This document shows, one piece after another, positions 45,570-60,051 of a stretch of 64,000 nucleotides of DNA (position 1 is its first letter; the number at the start of each line of letters is the position of its first letter). The stretch lies in assembly GCF_026210795.1 (NCBI RefSeq), contig NC_089434.1, positions 1,426,001 through 1,490,000 of the forward strand, given 5' to 3'. The position numbers and the translations under genes are program-made. The stretch is from Rhizophagus irregularis (lineage: Eukaryota). The notes beneath the pieces were generated by a model. The model saw only the letters and a list, made by a program, of their open reading frames with translations. It searched no databases and was not told the DNA's origin.

Positions 45570-48038
45570 TAGCATCCAATCTAATTTTTTTAAATCACTA
45601 TACTTAACATTATCATCATATCTAATATTTTACTAAAATTAATACAAACTATTATATTTATATTTATCTTTATATTATTATCACTTAACATGTTACAGGA
45701 TCAATTCATTTTGATCATTAAATATAATATTTCTTTAATAAAACTAATAAACTCAAAATAAACCATAAAATTTATTATTTGATAAAAATACAAAATACAA
45801 ATCAACTTTTTAATATAAACCCTATTATATTACTTAAAATATATATAAATAATTACTGAATAATGCAATAATTATATTATAACTCACTAACAATACCAAA
45901 TTACCCTAGTTAATTAATAAAATTTTACTTGCATTATATAATTTTTTTTTTTTTTGGAATAATAAAATTTTTCAACCTTCATTTATAATTCATTTAATAG
46001 TTTGCTAAACTCGTGTACAGTATATAATTGCAACAATCGGCCGAAACTAAAATTCGCCGTTTATCATTTAATTCCAGTCAAGTCGACAATCACTAGACTC
46101 TAGTGTATGAGATTGAAATAGTTACAAACAAATAATAAGACATTTATTTAATATTTAAACTTATTCAACGATTGTTAATTAATAAAATTTAAAAGTAATT
46201 TCCTACGCTTAAAATAGTTTTGATAGCAACTGAGAAGATTAATAATATTAGTTTCCATATTAAAAATAGACACAGCAGAAACAAAATTTTACCATTTAAT
46301 TATTGTGAAATTGGAAAAGTATTCAAATTGCTTTCCGCTTTATTTGTCTATTGCAAATTAATTTTCCTTCTCAAATATTTTATATAATCTTTCAATTCGC
46401 GCTTTAACTAAATCCGAAATAAAATTACAAGAATATCTAAGTACGTTAGATCTCCTATCAAATAGGAGCCGAATGAGATTATCATCAATATATCTAATGT
46501 TCTAGTTGAAAGCCAGAAGAATAATTCTGATTAGCTTTTCCCTCACTTTTATCTAAAAAATAATAAAATGATAACAATGACAATACAAGGAGAGAAAATA
46601 ACAGAAAAGATATAAATTTTGTCTATTAAATATTATCATTTTAATGATTCACTTATCTAATCCATTTTTTTTGATACTCTTTACCAAGGAAAATAGATGT
46701 CTGATGATAAAATAAGATTTAACAGCTTTGACGATTGTGATATCTAGGGTTATTATTGAGTAATAGTATATATATTTTATACTCATTAAAAGCTTAATCA
46801 TGCGATACTTAATCAAACACATTTTAAAGAATAATAAAAAATTTTGAATTTAATTTTCTTACAAAAATTCTTTGTGCAGAAAATGATTCAATTTAATCAA
46901 AAATCATACTATAAATGAAATGGGAGTAAAAATATTAACACAAAAGTTCTCTTAGGAATTGACATCGAACAATCTTAGTGAATCTATTAAGGATAACTAA
47001 AAATTCAATATGATAATTATGCTTAAATCAAACTTGCTATTCTGCTATACTAATCTCATTATCATGCAATAGATACGCTATATCACCTGAATCACCTGAT
47101 GTAACCTTTTATTTAATTCTACTTAAAACTCTTATTATTTCAAATTAAATTTGTAGTATTTATTATTAGCCGAATAATTAAAGTTTGTATTTAACAAATT
47201 TTATTTTAGCAATTCAGTTGCTAAAAGCTCATCGGTGAGATTACATATTTAACCTTAGTGATGTTAGTACATCGACTTATTATTTAAAGAAAAATCACAT
47301 ACAGTCAGTATAATATTGTTAATTATAAACACATAGATCACAATCACTAATTCCCTATTCTCGATTTCTCGTCCTGAATAGAAATTAATTGGCCGCAGTT
47401 TCAGATCATGTGATACTATGAACCAAGTTCATGACCCTCACGTTTTATATTTTGGAAAAAAGTGGAATTACATGAATTTGTCGCTATGTTTACTACGTCA
47501 TTGACGAAATGCTGAAATGTCACTTAATTGTTAATTCTATTTGTTCATAATCAATGTTTCTAATAATATGAAGATAATTTTTAACGTTCTATTAACAAAA
47601 AATGTAATATAAATCAAACTACTGTATTTGATACATAAATATAATCGTACAATTTAATTTCCGTATCTACCAAAGTAATTATAAGCGGAGTGATAAAATT
47701 AAATAAATAATTGACAAATAATCGACAAAATTGTGATAAAGTAAAAATGAATGATAATCATTTCATTGGTGCTTAGTAATTACCTAAGATGAAATGATTA
47801 ATCAGTTACTGCGATTTTGTAATAATTGATCTACATTCCAGTTTGTTTGTCATATATGCAATGATGCAATGCTTGTACTTGTAATCAACGCTTTTGCACA
47901 TAATGTATTTTGCATAAATATTATTACATTTATTCATACTAATAAAGGCGCTCAATAATAAAAAAAAAGAAATAAATAAATAAAAATATTTACTTTATCT
48001 TTTCCAGTTGGGGAGAATTTGAGAATTTTGATATAGTA

Positions 48039-51000
48039 ATGGACCAATGTATTGAAGGTAGCTGAAATATTTTTTTATTTATAAACAATTCATGTTTAAT
48101 ATCTTATATAATTCAACTAATTACATTCTTTATTTAAATAACTAGATTGTAAGTAACTATATATAATTTACAGTAAATGCTTTTATATTATCTTTATATT
48201 TAACTAATTAATAATTAATAATACTACAGGGTGTAAGTTATATGATATCTATATTTGTATTATTTATATAATTTAAACTTAATTTCTTTATTTAAAAAAT
48301 TATTTCGTAGATGGTAAGTTATTTATTTAATTCTATTATTACTTAATGTTATAATATTTACATATAATTTAAACTATCTAATTTCTTTATTTAAAAAATT
48401 ATTAAATAATATAGCGAGTAAGTTATTTATTTAATTCTATTATTACTTATTGTTATAATATTTACATATAATTTAAACTATCTAATTTCTTTATTTAAAA
48501 AATTATTAAATAATATAGCGAGTAAGTTATTTATTTAATTCTATTATTACTTATTGTTATAATATTTACATATAATTTAAACTATCTAATTTCTTTATTT
48601 AAAAAATTATTAAATAATATAGCGAGTAAGTTATTTATTTAATTCTATTATTACTTATTGTTATAATATTTACATATAATTTAAACTATCTAATTTCTTT
48701 ATTTAATAGATTGTAAGATATTTATTTAATTCTATTATTACTTATTGTTATAATATTTACATATAATTTAAACTATCTAATTTCTTTATTTAAAAAATTA
48801 TTAAATAATATAGGGGGTAAGTTATTTATTTAATTCTATTATTACTTATTGTTATAATATTTACATATAATTTAAACTATCTAATTTCTTTATTTAATAG
48901 ATTGTAAGTTATTTATTTAATTCTATTATTACTTATTGTTATAATATTTACATATAATTTAAACTATCTAATTTCTTTATTTAAAAAATTATTTCGTAGA
49001 TGGTAAGTTATTTATTTAATTCTATTATTACTTATTGTTATAATATTTACATATAATTTAAACTATCTAATTTCTTTATTTAATAGATTGTAAGTTATTT
49101 ATTTAATTCTATTATTACTTATTGTTATAATATTTACATATAATTTAAACTATCTAATTTCTTTATTTAATAGATTGTAAGTTATTTATTTAATTCTATT
49201 ATTACTTATTGTTATAATATTTACATATAATTTAAACTATCTAATTTCTTTATTTAAAAAATTATTAAATAATATAGCGAGTAAGTTATTTATTTAATTC
49301 TATTATTACTTATTGTTATAATATTTACATATAATTTAAACTATCTAATTTCTTTATTTAATAGATTGTAAGTTATTTATTTAATTCTATTATTACTTAT
49401 TGTTATAATATTTACATATAATTTAAACTATCTAATTTCTTTATTTAATAGATTGTAAGTTATTTATTTAATTCTATTATTACTTATTGTTATAATATTT
49501 ACATATAATTTAAACTATCTAATTTCTTTATTTAATAGATTGTAAGTTATTTATTTAATTCTATTATTACTTATTGTATTATTAAATAATATAGGGGGTA
49601 AGTTATTTATTTAATTCTATTATTACTTATTGTTATAATATTTACATATAATTTAAACTATCTAATTTCTTTATTTAAAAAATTATTAAATAATATAGGG
49701 GGTAAGTTATTTATTTAATATTATTACTTATTGTTATAATATTTACTATAATTTAAACTATCTAATTTCTTTATTTAAAAAATTATTAAATAATATATAT
49801 AAGATTGTAGTAAGTTATTTATTTAATTCTTATTACTTATTGTTATAATATTTACATATAATTTAAACTATCTAATTTCTTTATTTAAAAAATTATTTCG
49901 TAGATGGTAAGTTATTTATTTAATTCTATTATTACTTATTGTTATAATATTTACATATAATTTAAACTATCTAATTTCTTTATTTAAAAATTATTAAATA
50001 ATATAGGGGGTAAGTTATTTATTTAATTCTATTATTACTTATTGTTATAATATTTACATATAATTTAAACTATCTAATTTCTTTATTTAATAGATTGTAA
50101 GTTATTTATTTAATTCTATTATTACTTATTGTTATAATATTTATATAATTTAAATATCTAATTTCTTTATTTAAAAAATTATTAAATAATATGTAAGTTA
50201 TTTATTTAATTCTATTATTACTTATTGTTATAATATTTACATATAATTTAAACTATCTAATTTCTTTATTTAAAAAATTATTTGTAGATGGTAAGTTATT
50301 TATTTAATTATATTATTACTTATTGTTATAATATTTACATATAATTTAAATATCTAATTTCTTTATTTAATAGATTGTGTTATTTATTTAATTCTATTAT
50401 TACTTATTGTTATAATATTTACATATAATTTAAACTATCTAATTTCTTTATTTAATAGATTGTAAGTTATTTATTTAATTCTATTATTACTTATTGTTAT
50501 AATATTTACATATAATTTAAACTATCTAATTTCTTTATTTAATAGATTGTAAGTTATTTATTTAATTCTATTATTACTTATTGTTATAATATTTACATAT
50601 AATTTAAACTATCTAATTTCTTTATTTAAAAAATTATTTTGCAATTTATTTTAGTTGGTAAGTCATAAGTTATTTATTTAATTCTATTATTACTTATTGT
50701 TATAATATTTACATATAATTTAAACTATCTAATTTCTTTATTTAAAAAATTATTAAATAATATAGCGAGTAAGTTATTTATTTAATTCTATTATTACTTA
50801 TTGTTATAATATTTACATATAATTTAAACTATCTAATTTCTTTATTTAAAAAATTATTTCGTAGATGGTAAGTTATTTATTTAATTCTATTATTACTTAT
50901 TGTTATAATATTTACATATAATTTAAACTATCTAATTTCTTTATTTAAAAAATTATTAAATAATATAGGGGGTAAGTTATTTATTTAATTCTATTATTAC

Positions 51001-53344
51001 TTATTGTTATAATATTTACATATAATTTAAACTATCTAATTTCTTTATTTAAAAAATTATTAAATAATATAGCGAGTAAGTTATTTATTTAATTCTATTA
51101 TTACTTATTGTTATAATATTTACATATAATTTAAACTATCTAATTTCTTTATTTAATAGATTGTAAGTTATTTATTTAATTCTATTATTACTTATTGTTA
51201 TAATATTTACATATAATTTAAACTATCTAATTTCTTTATTTAAAAAATTATTAAATAATATAGGGGGTAAGTTATTTATTTAATTCTATTATTACTTATT
51301 GTTATAATATTTACATATAATTTAAACTATCTAATTTCTTTATTTAATAGATTGTAAGTTATTTATTTAATTCTATTATTACTTATTGTTATAATATTTA
51401 CATATAATTTAAACTATCTAATTTCTTTATTTAATAGATTGTAAGTTATTTATTTAATTCTATTATTACTTATTGTTATAATATTTACATATAATTTAAA
51501 CTATCTAATTTCTTTATTTAAAAAATTATTAAATAATATAGCGAGTAAGTTATTTATTTAATTCTATTATTACTTATTGTTATAATATTTACATATAATT
51601 TAAACTATCTAATTTCTTTATTTAAAAAATTATTAAATAATATAGCGAGTAAGTTATTTATTTAATTCTATTATTACTTATTGTTATAATATTTACATAT
51701 AATTTAAACTATCTAATTTCTTTATTTAAAAAATTATTAAATAATATAGCGAGTAAGTTATTTATTTAATTCTATTATTACTTATTGTTATAATATTTAC
51801 ATATAATTTAAACTATCTAATTTCTTTATTTAAAAAATTATTATGATCTAGCTTGTAAGTACCTCTATTGTTATATATTTATATAATATTTATTTGTTAA
51901 TTGAATTCTTTTATTCAAAAAATTATCTGTTACTTTAGTTGGTAAGTTATAAATTATAAGTTATTATGTATTTATCCAAAGACTAAGACTTATATTACAT
52001 TAAATTTCTATTTAAATTTTAGAGTAAGTAATAATTTATTTTAGTGTAAATTATAATATAATCTATAATATAATTTTAATTATTAAAATTTATAGATTTG
52101 GGAAAAGTGGAAATACAATTATAGATGATTTTATTTTAAAAAAAAAATTAAGATGGATTCCTTATAACCGATTTAAAAATGTTGAATATCTTAATGAAGG
52201 AGGATTTGGTACTATATACAAAGCTATTTGGTTAAAGAATAATAAAGATGAAAAAGAAGTAATTTTTAAATGTCACAAGAATTTAAATGAAAATTTAAAT
52301 GATTTTTGAAAGAAGTATGATAGATTGATAGTATATTATTTTTTTATTTTTATAATTTATATTAATAAATTATTATTAATTTTTGTAGTGGGACTATCAT
52401 AAGAATTGTTTAAATTCATCACATGAAATTGTAAATTTTTATGGATTTACAAAAGATCCAGAGATTTCAAAATATATAGTAGTAATGGCTTATGCAAATA
52501 ATGGTAATTTAAGAGAAAATTTAACAAGAATAGTCAAAAATAATTGGAATCAAAAATTATGTATGTTGTACAGAATTATTTCTGGACTTAGTAAGATACA
52601 TGAAAAAAATCTTATTCATTGTGATTTTCATGATGGTAATATTTTAAATCATAATGAGAGTATATTATATATTAGTGATTTAGGATTATGTCAACCTGTA
52701 AAATCGGGTTTGAAAAAGTATGATATTTATGGTGTTATACCATTTATGGCTCCTGAAGTTTTAAGAGGCAAATCTTATATTCCAGCTAGTGATATATATA
52801 GTTTTTCTATGATTATGTGGGAGTTTACATCTGGAATACCACCATTTAATAATAGAGAACATGATCTTCATCTTAGTTTAAGTATTTGTAAAGGTGAACG
52901 TCCTGAAATTATTGAAAATACTCCACAATGCTATGTAGATTTAATGAAAAAATGTTGGAATGAAGATCCATTAAAAAGACCATCTACATCAGAAGTGAAG
53001 GATGTTATTAAAAAATGGATTCTCCGTCCTGATGAAGATGATGAAGTCAATGATGAATTAAAAAGCAACATTATGGAATTTATAAATGCACCAATTGGGC
53101 AGTATAACAATCTTGTTACTCAACCTCATCCTAAAGCATGTTATACAAGTCGCTTACTTAATTTTACTAGTAAAAAATTGAATGAAATTATTGAAAGTGA
53201 AGATTTGAATGATTTTATAATTAAGGATTTGGGGTCATTAGGTATGTATCATGATATATAAAAAATTAATCTTGCAAATTATTTATGTGAAATTAATTTT
53301 ATTTAATATTTAACTTAGATATTAAAACAGATGAAAAAAACTAG
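48039..53344 (+). CDS. Tyrosine-kinase-like protein kinase with microexon-encoded N-terminus (possible 1-bp frameshift at ~52305)
   Basis: Exon 48039-48057 (MDQCIE), microexons, exon 52096-52314 (KSGNTIIDDFI...WIPYNRF..EGGFGTIYKAIW), exon 52389-53241 (HCDFHDGN, SDLG, FMAPE, SDIYS) and final exon 53319-53344. GATTTTTGA is one T short of the expected DFLKE. Confidence 0.75.
48058..52095 (+). repeat. Tandem array of ~40 mini-introns (mostly 87-, 99- and 104-bp units) separated by 3-nt microexons
   Basis: Each unit is GTAAGT donor - AT-rich body - CTAAT branch site - (T/C)AG acceptor - 3 nt (ATT, ATG, CGA, GGG, GGT, TTG or CTT). Confidence 0.85.
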
Positions 53345-55040
53345 TCATTGTTTGTTTTTAAAAAAAATTTATAGTTTTTTTTAAGTGATATTTGATATTA
53401 TACATTTAAAAGAAATTGTTCTTTATTTTATTCTTTTTAGATTTATTTAAACACTAAGAGTCTAAGACTAGAGTAGGAAAATATTTTATGAGTTTCTTAG
53501 TTTGTAATTTAAATAATTCCCTTTTTTTTTTTATTATACTTATAATTATTTAAACACTAAGACTAGAGTAGTAAAATATTTTACAGGTTCTTAGTTTGTA
53601 ATTTAAATAAATCTTTTTTTTATAACTTTTTCAATTATGAGATATAAATTATCAAAATAATAATATAAAACCATTTCCAATGGTAATGTATAGACCAACA
53701 GCCTAACACTAGCCATTTGATCTGTTTGATCACATTTTCGTACATAGCTCTGCATAACTCTGGCCAAACCTAACCGGAAAATATCCTTCTATCAATTTTG
53801 TTTTACAGACAGTTCTATGAAAATGACAGTGAGTTCTTCTTCACAAGCCTCTTCCTTAATCCTCCAAAAAAGCAATTATACTTTACAGAAACTTTTAAAA
53901 TTGAAACCAAATATTGACCATATCGAAAATATATCATGAAACTTTTAATCAATATTTGGTCGTGAAATTGTAAAAAAAAAATATCTTATCGAATTTGAAA
54001 TAATTAAATAAATAGTAAAATATTATTAAATATCTAGAATAAATAAAAATATATATATATATATATAATATCTATTATTCATTTATTCTACTAATAACAA
54101 CTAGCAACATGTCAAAAACCAAAAATCATTATTAAAAAAAAAACAATTATAAGCAATGCCAAATATCACAAAATTTAAACCAACTTACATGAAATAGAAA
54201 AATATAAGCCAAGAAGTATTCTTATATTCTTTCCTTTCATTTTGAAATTGTGAAGTTTTAGGAAATAAATAGAAAAAATACATATTTGACACATTAATTA
54301 TATCTAAACTATTAAAAGACTTTTTTGCCAGTCTTTCATTTGTAATCTAATTGTATTTCAAAAACATGCATCAATTATGTCTTTTATGTTAAATTTTGTT
54401 TATCGTACTAATTCTTATGATAAATCCGAACCAATCAAATAAAACTAATATTTTTTAAAACAGAATATTAAAGAAAAATTGGTTATTTAAAAGAATTTTT
54501 TGATTTTTTATTTTTTCTATTAAAAAAAATGTGTTTTAGCCGATAATTTGACTACCACTAATTATCGAGCCAAATGTTAAATATTAAATAAAAATATATT
54601 TTTCTTAGTTTATTTTCTTATTTATTGATTGATTAATTAGATTATTTATTAATTACTATTTAATTTTTTATCTTTAGATCACTCCCTTTGGTTTAAAATA
54701 AAAAGAATTTTTTTTTAAATGAAAACTTTTTTTTTCAAAAAATTATTTTTAAAGATAAAAAAAAAATATAAGAAATGCCAAGAGAATATTTATTAAACAA
54801 ATTTTAAATTATTAAATAATTCAAAATAGAAATTTTAATAAACCAAATTCCCTTTCAAATATTAATTCTACTGTATATTAAAACATATTAACTAAAGTTA
54901 TAATTGAAATTTATTATGCTACTATATATTATATAGGAATACCTAAATCCAAAATTATGTAATTCAAGCAATTTTATTTAAAATGTAAATATAAATTAAA
55001 ATATAGAAATATAGAAATATAGTGTTAAGTACTTCAATAT

Positions 55041-55085
55041 CAATCACTAGTGGCAACGAAGTTGCTGCACATCAGATTCCTCTAG
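55041..55085 (+). mobile_element. Possible orphan Helitron 3' terminus
   Basis: GCAAC-GAA-GTTGC hairpin followed 16 nt later by CTAG|T; preceded by CAATCACTAG, which is also seen at 46087-46096. Confidence 0.4.
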
Positions 55086-56639
55086 TTTCAAGTTGTTAAT
55101 TCAAGATTCAAGTTTTTAATACAAAAAAAGTGGCAAAAGTAAAGTGGCTCTGCTTTTCAATCATAAATTTTAACATGGCGCAATAAAAATGTGACAAAAA
55201 TACTCTTGTGCTCTTAGTAATAATATGAAAAATGTAGTAATTTAAAAATACGTATTACTATAGAAATTTTTTTTTATATAAACACTTTAAAAGGAGAGAA
55301 AATTATTTTAAAAATAAGTTAACAAACAATGAATTAAAATCATATATCACACACAAAAAATTAATCATGAAATTAAATTATTTATTATTGATTTTTGTCT
55401 TTACTATTGTTTCAATGGGTACTTATAAACAATTTCTTTATATGTCAATTATTATAAAAGTGGTTTTAAAATAAATACTTAATGCAATACAGTATTTATA
55501 TTTTTTAAATCAGATATTGGTTAATTTTATTAATTTCAGAATAAATTTGGGATATACTTCTACCACAATAAAATAAGTGGTCCTTTTTTTAGAATTTGAC
55601 ACAATAAATTATAAAATATGTCTAAATTATTTTATTGGGCAAAATTCTTATACACCTCATTTACTTCGCAATCTATAGACTGCAGTTTAAGATAATCAAA
55701 ATCTCGCATTTTCAAATTATCTAATTTAAAATGGCTTTGCTCTTCAATTGTGAATTTTAACAATGACGTAATACTTACTATAGAAAAACATGGCAAAAAT
55801 ATTTTTGTACGTCTCATTTGCTTCACTTCATTAATAATAATGTAATCATGTAATCATTTGAGATACATGCTACTATAGAAATTTTTCTTATATAAATACT
55901 TTGAGAAAGAGGAGAGAATTTTCTAAACAATTTAACAAACAACGAATTAAAAATTATATATAAAATACACAAAATCGATCATGCAATTAAAATACTTGTT
56001 GATTTTCATCTTCACTATTGTTTTAGCAAGTAGTAAATATTGGTGCAAAACTTTTCCTTTTTAGTAAATTAATTTCTTATAGTAATAATTTTAATTAATT
56101 GTTTACACAGATGCAGAACCATAAGGTGTATTTAAACGTGGTAAATATTATTATTGCAAAACTTTTCATTTTTTTATCGTAGAGTAAAAAACAGACAATA
56201 GTCTTTTCCTATTCGGTAATCTGTCGTACTCTCTGAAATATAGTGTTACAATTTTTTTTATATTTTTTAAAATAAAGTGCCCCATAGACTCCCGGTTAAA
56301 CGATCATCAAAACACTTGCAAAGTATATGGCAAGCCGAGTTGAACAAAATTGTGTGATAAAATATCAAGCATGGCTTCACCCCGTGTCTGACATTTTACC
56401 TGTTTATGCTTGATTTTAATCTGTCACGTGCTTGATATTTTTATCTGATGTTTATCTAGATGCTTGATGATTTTATCTGTTCGTGCTTGGTATTTTTATC
56501 TGTCCGTGCTTGAGGTTTTATCTATCTGTAGTTGATGTTTTTGTCCAACTGTATTTGATTAATTTTATCTTGTCAAAAATTAGTTTCTTTGTCAGCACAG
56601 GGGTGATATTTTGTTAATCACGTTTTTTAAGTTTAGCAT

Positions 56640-57480
56640 AGTTTTTACATGAAGTATTTTTTTTTTATTTTATTGGCTTTTTTTTTAATAAAACAATTTT
56701 TATAGAGAATTTTTATTATAGGCAAAGGCTTTTTTTGATAAAATTCTTTTGGAATTTTTTTTAATAAAAAGACTTTTTTTGATAAAAAATATTGTCAGAG
56801 CATTTTTTTATTGATAGGGACATTTCTGAGTTTTTTTTTCGATGGATAATTTTATTAAATTTAAATTTCATTGGAGAATTTTTTTTTTAATAAGATTTTT
56901 TTTTGGACATACCTGATTTGTTGGAACAATTTTTTAACAGGATTTTTTTTTTCGATAGAGAATTCATTGGGTATTTTGTAAAAAATTCTTTGGAGAATTT
57001 TTTTTAATAGGTGAAAGTATTTTTTGACAGAGAATTTATTAGAGAATTTTTTTTTTGATAGAAATTTCATCATAGAATTTTTTTTAATAGGTAAGATTTT
57101 TTTTTTTTGATAGAAAATTCCGGTAGAGAATTTTTTTTTTAATAGGAGGAAAGTTTTTTTTTGATAGAAATTCTTTTGAGAATTTTTTTTAATAGGTAAA
57201 TTTTTTTTTTAATAGGGAAAATGTGTTTTTTGATGGAAGATTTTCGTTAGGAATTTTTCTTAATCAGGGATATTTTTTTTGATTGAGAATTTCATTAGAG
57301 AATTGTTGGTTGAAAAGTTTTTTTATTTTTTTTGATGGAGAATTTTGTTAGAAGTCTCAATAGAAAATTTTATTGAAAATAGTTTTTTTTTAATAAGGGT
57401 ATCAAGAATTTTGGCTTGAAATTTTGTTTTTTTAATAAAGAATTATTTATATTATTTTTTTTTTATTTATTCAATTAAAT
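56640..57480. repeat. T-rich low-complexity degenerate repeat (TTTTTTGATAGAGAA-like units)
   Basis: Repeated T-runs separated by GATAG/AATAG/GAGAA. Confidence 0.6.
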
Positions 57481-57870
57481 GTATTGATTTAATCAATTAA
57501 ATTTTGATTGAAAATTTACGTCATATTTTTTTTTTATTATAATAAATTTACAAATAAAAAATAAAATAAAATAAAATTTTCCCATTATATAATTCATTCA
57601 TCACAAATAAATTCATCATACTAAATAAAAAAATTTATTAAAAACGTAATCTAATCGTCCGAAGTTTCCTGCTGGGTTTCATTAATCATAGTAGGCATCG
57701 GATTGGAATCCAAAGCTGACGCGAGTGTTAACGATCTCAATCTCATTTGAGTCTAATAAGCAGAATAGTAACAAATCGTCAAAAATAATTAATATTTTTA
57801 AAGGTAATATATTTAAGTTATTATTAAATTTGGGATTGAATCATTTATTAAACCCATATTTTAACTTTTA

Positions 57871-58290
57871 GATAGTAATAAAAGGTTATCTAAATTATTT
57901 AAAAGTTGCATATAAAAATAGTAATAAATAAACCGATTATTATATCAATTTCATTTATTAAATACGGCTTTTATTTAAAATTTAGATGATGAAAAAGAAA
58001 TAATTCAACAAAAAATGAAAAGACAAAGTATTGATGATATTGATGGTAAGCGAAAAGTTTGCAGAAAATTTCAATTCTATATTGTTATTAATTTTACTAT
58101 TTATTTATTTTTTACAGATGATGACGAAGTATATAATAATCCAAATCTTCATTCGAAAGAACAAATTGAGCTGGAAATTCCTGATGGCATATTTTATTAA
58201 AATAAATATATTATTATTATTATTATTATTTTACTGATCTGTATTTATCTATTTATCTATTAATTATTTATTCATTAGACGGGTTTTAAA
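57871..58290 (+). pseudogene. 3' exon remnants of a Glomeromycota-type kinase gene
   Basis: Short AG...GT(GC)-bounded exons encoding DDEKEIIQQKMKRQSIDDID and DDEVYNNPNLHSKEQIELEIPD; no kinase domain upstream. A similar piece lies at ~63411-63455. Confidence 0.5.
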
Positions 58291-59809
58291 TTTTCCAGTT
58301 AATGATATTATTATTATATTTGAAGAATTTATCATTTATTTATTTATTCTTTTATTTTGAATTATTTAAGCACTAATATAGGGTAGTAAAATGTTTTACT
58401 GTTCATAGTTTGTAATTTAATATAAATATTTTCTTTTTCAAATTATAAGTATATAAATTATATTATTATATAAATAATTATTGAAAGGGTGGCATTTTAT
58501 AAGGTTAAAAGATTAAATTATTTCGATTGGGAAATCTATATATATGTTCGTGATCACGAAATTGATGATGGAATCTATAAAATCGAATGATATTATGCGG
58601 GTGAATTAACATTACGCCGCAGCAGGGATGTTTTTAGTTTAGACTTGATTGTGTAATTATAATTTAACCTAATAAACCAATCTAAAATTGGTTTATATGT
58701 AAATTAGTAAGACATTCTGTTAAATATACTATGTATGATCGACTAACCAAATGTTTAAATTTCATCAGAAACTTTTTGTCCAGTCTCTCATTATCAAATA
58801 TCTTCTTCTGAGGAGTATATCTCAGAAAAATAACATTTATTAAAATATCTATCCATTTTTAAGTTGTTCATCATGTCTTTGTAGGCAAAGTGTTGCTTCA
58901 TGTGCTATAATTAGTAAGTTTTTACTTATTTTTGACTTATGTGTAAAGTTTTCGCATATGAAATTTTTTTTATATTTTAACTTAACAAACTAAAAAAAAG
59001 TGTTGAAAGCGAAAAAAGATCAAAAAAGAAAGCGAAGATATTTCATGGGAAATATTTACATGAATCACACATAGTTTATCATTATTAGGAGAATTGTTTT
59101 AGTACTAAATACGTAAAATATAACAATTTTAGACCACCTTGCAAGTTCCCAGCCAATAAATCATTTAAAGATAAACTGGCATCGTGTTTAAAAAATTTAA
59201 ATAATTGGTTTAATCGAAAGCGAGATTAAAATCTGAGATTTCGAAAATAAAACTTAGATTTAAAATGTCAATTATTCCCTATAAAAATGGTATGTCCCAT
59301 TATTTTTTCACATCCATGGACTCTTTGCTGATAATGCATACTGATTTTTACAGTGTTTTCTGGTTTTAATCCTTATGGGATTATATATTTTATCATTATT
59401 TTTTAAATTCACGGGTCAAAAGTGTTTCAATCTTCGTATAACATAATAAAATAGTTTGTAAAAGAACATCACTAAAAAAGAAAGCGTGTTTTGTATTCAA
59501 TTGGTGATTATTTCTTTTACGAATAAATTAGATTACAATTCTCTGAATCATCACTATCTTTCATTTCTAATAATATATTTCATTAATATTTTCCATTCTC
59601 TAATTCTTTGAAATCGTTTAAATAAGGAAAAAATTACCACGATTTTTAAAGTATAGAACTTTCTTTCATATTGCACTTTATACTTTAAACATAAAAATAT
59701 TTAATTGTAAATGAGATGATTTGATAAATTTAAAAAGCACATTTACCGATAAATTTATTTTTTATAAGAAAATTTACATAATATATCTAACTATTCGATA
59801 TAATATGCA

Positions 59810-60051
59810 ACAATAAAGAGCTCCTTTACTAATTGATTGCTTACAAAACAATATATAATAATTCTTGATGATAACAATCAGATTATTCACTAAAAATTAT
59901 AATTAGAATAAAATTATAAATAATTTAGATACAAAAAGAGTTTGTGAAAATTGTAACAAGGATGTTTTATACTATATTGTGAATTTTGTGTTCGGCAGAA
60001 ATTATTTAAGATCAGATTTTTCAAATATGACCTCTTTTGTTGATAATTTAA
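59810..60051 (+). pseudogene. Degenerate N-terminal Cys-rich exon of a kinase gene, interrupted by a MITE
   Basis: TKRVCENCNK..LYCEFCVR..NYLRSDFSN..TS..VDNLI read through frameshifts. Confidence 0.5.

Larger units (their letters stand above)
31396..46103 (+). mobile_element. Helitron (~14.7 kb) with RepHel and cargo genes; 3' end tentative
   Basis: The 5' boundary is where identity with the inverted copy ends. RepHel ORF at 41466-45569. Imperfect hairpin CGGCCGAA..TTCGCCG (46038-46059) followed by CTAG at 46093 and CTAG|T at 46100-46104. Confidence 0.65.

Noticed and set aside
48300..51850. CRISPR array or plain satellite
   Set aside because: The context is eukaryotic, there are no unique spacers or cas genes, and the units carry complete splice signals inside a kinase gene.
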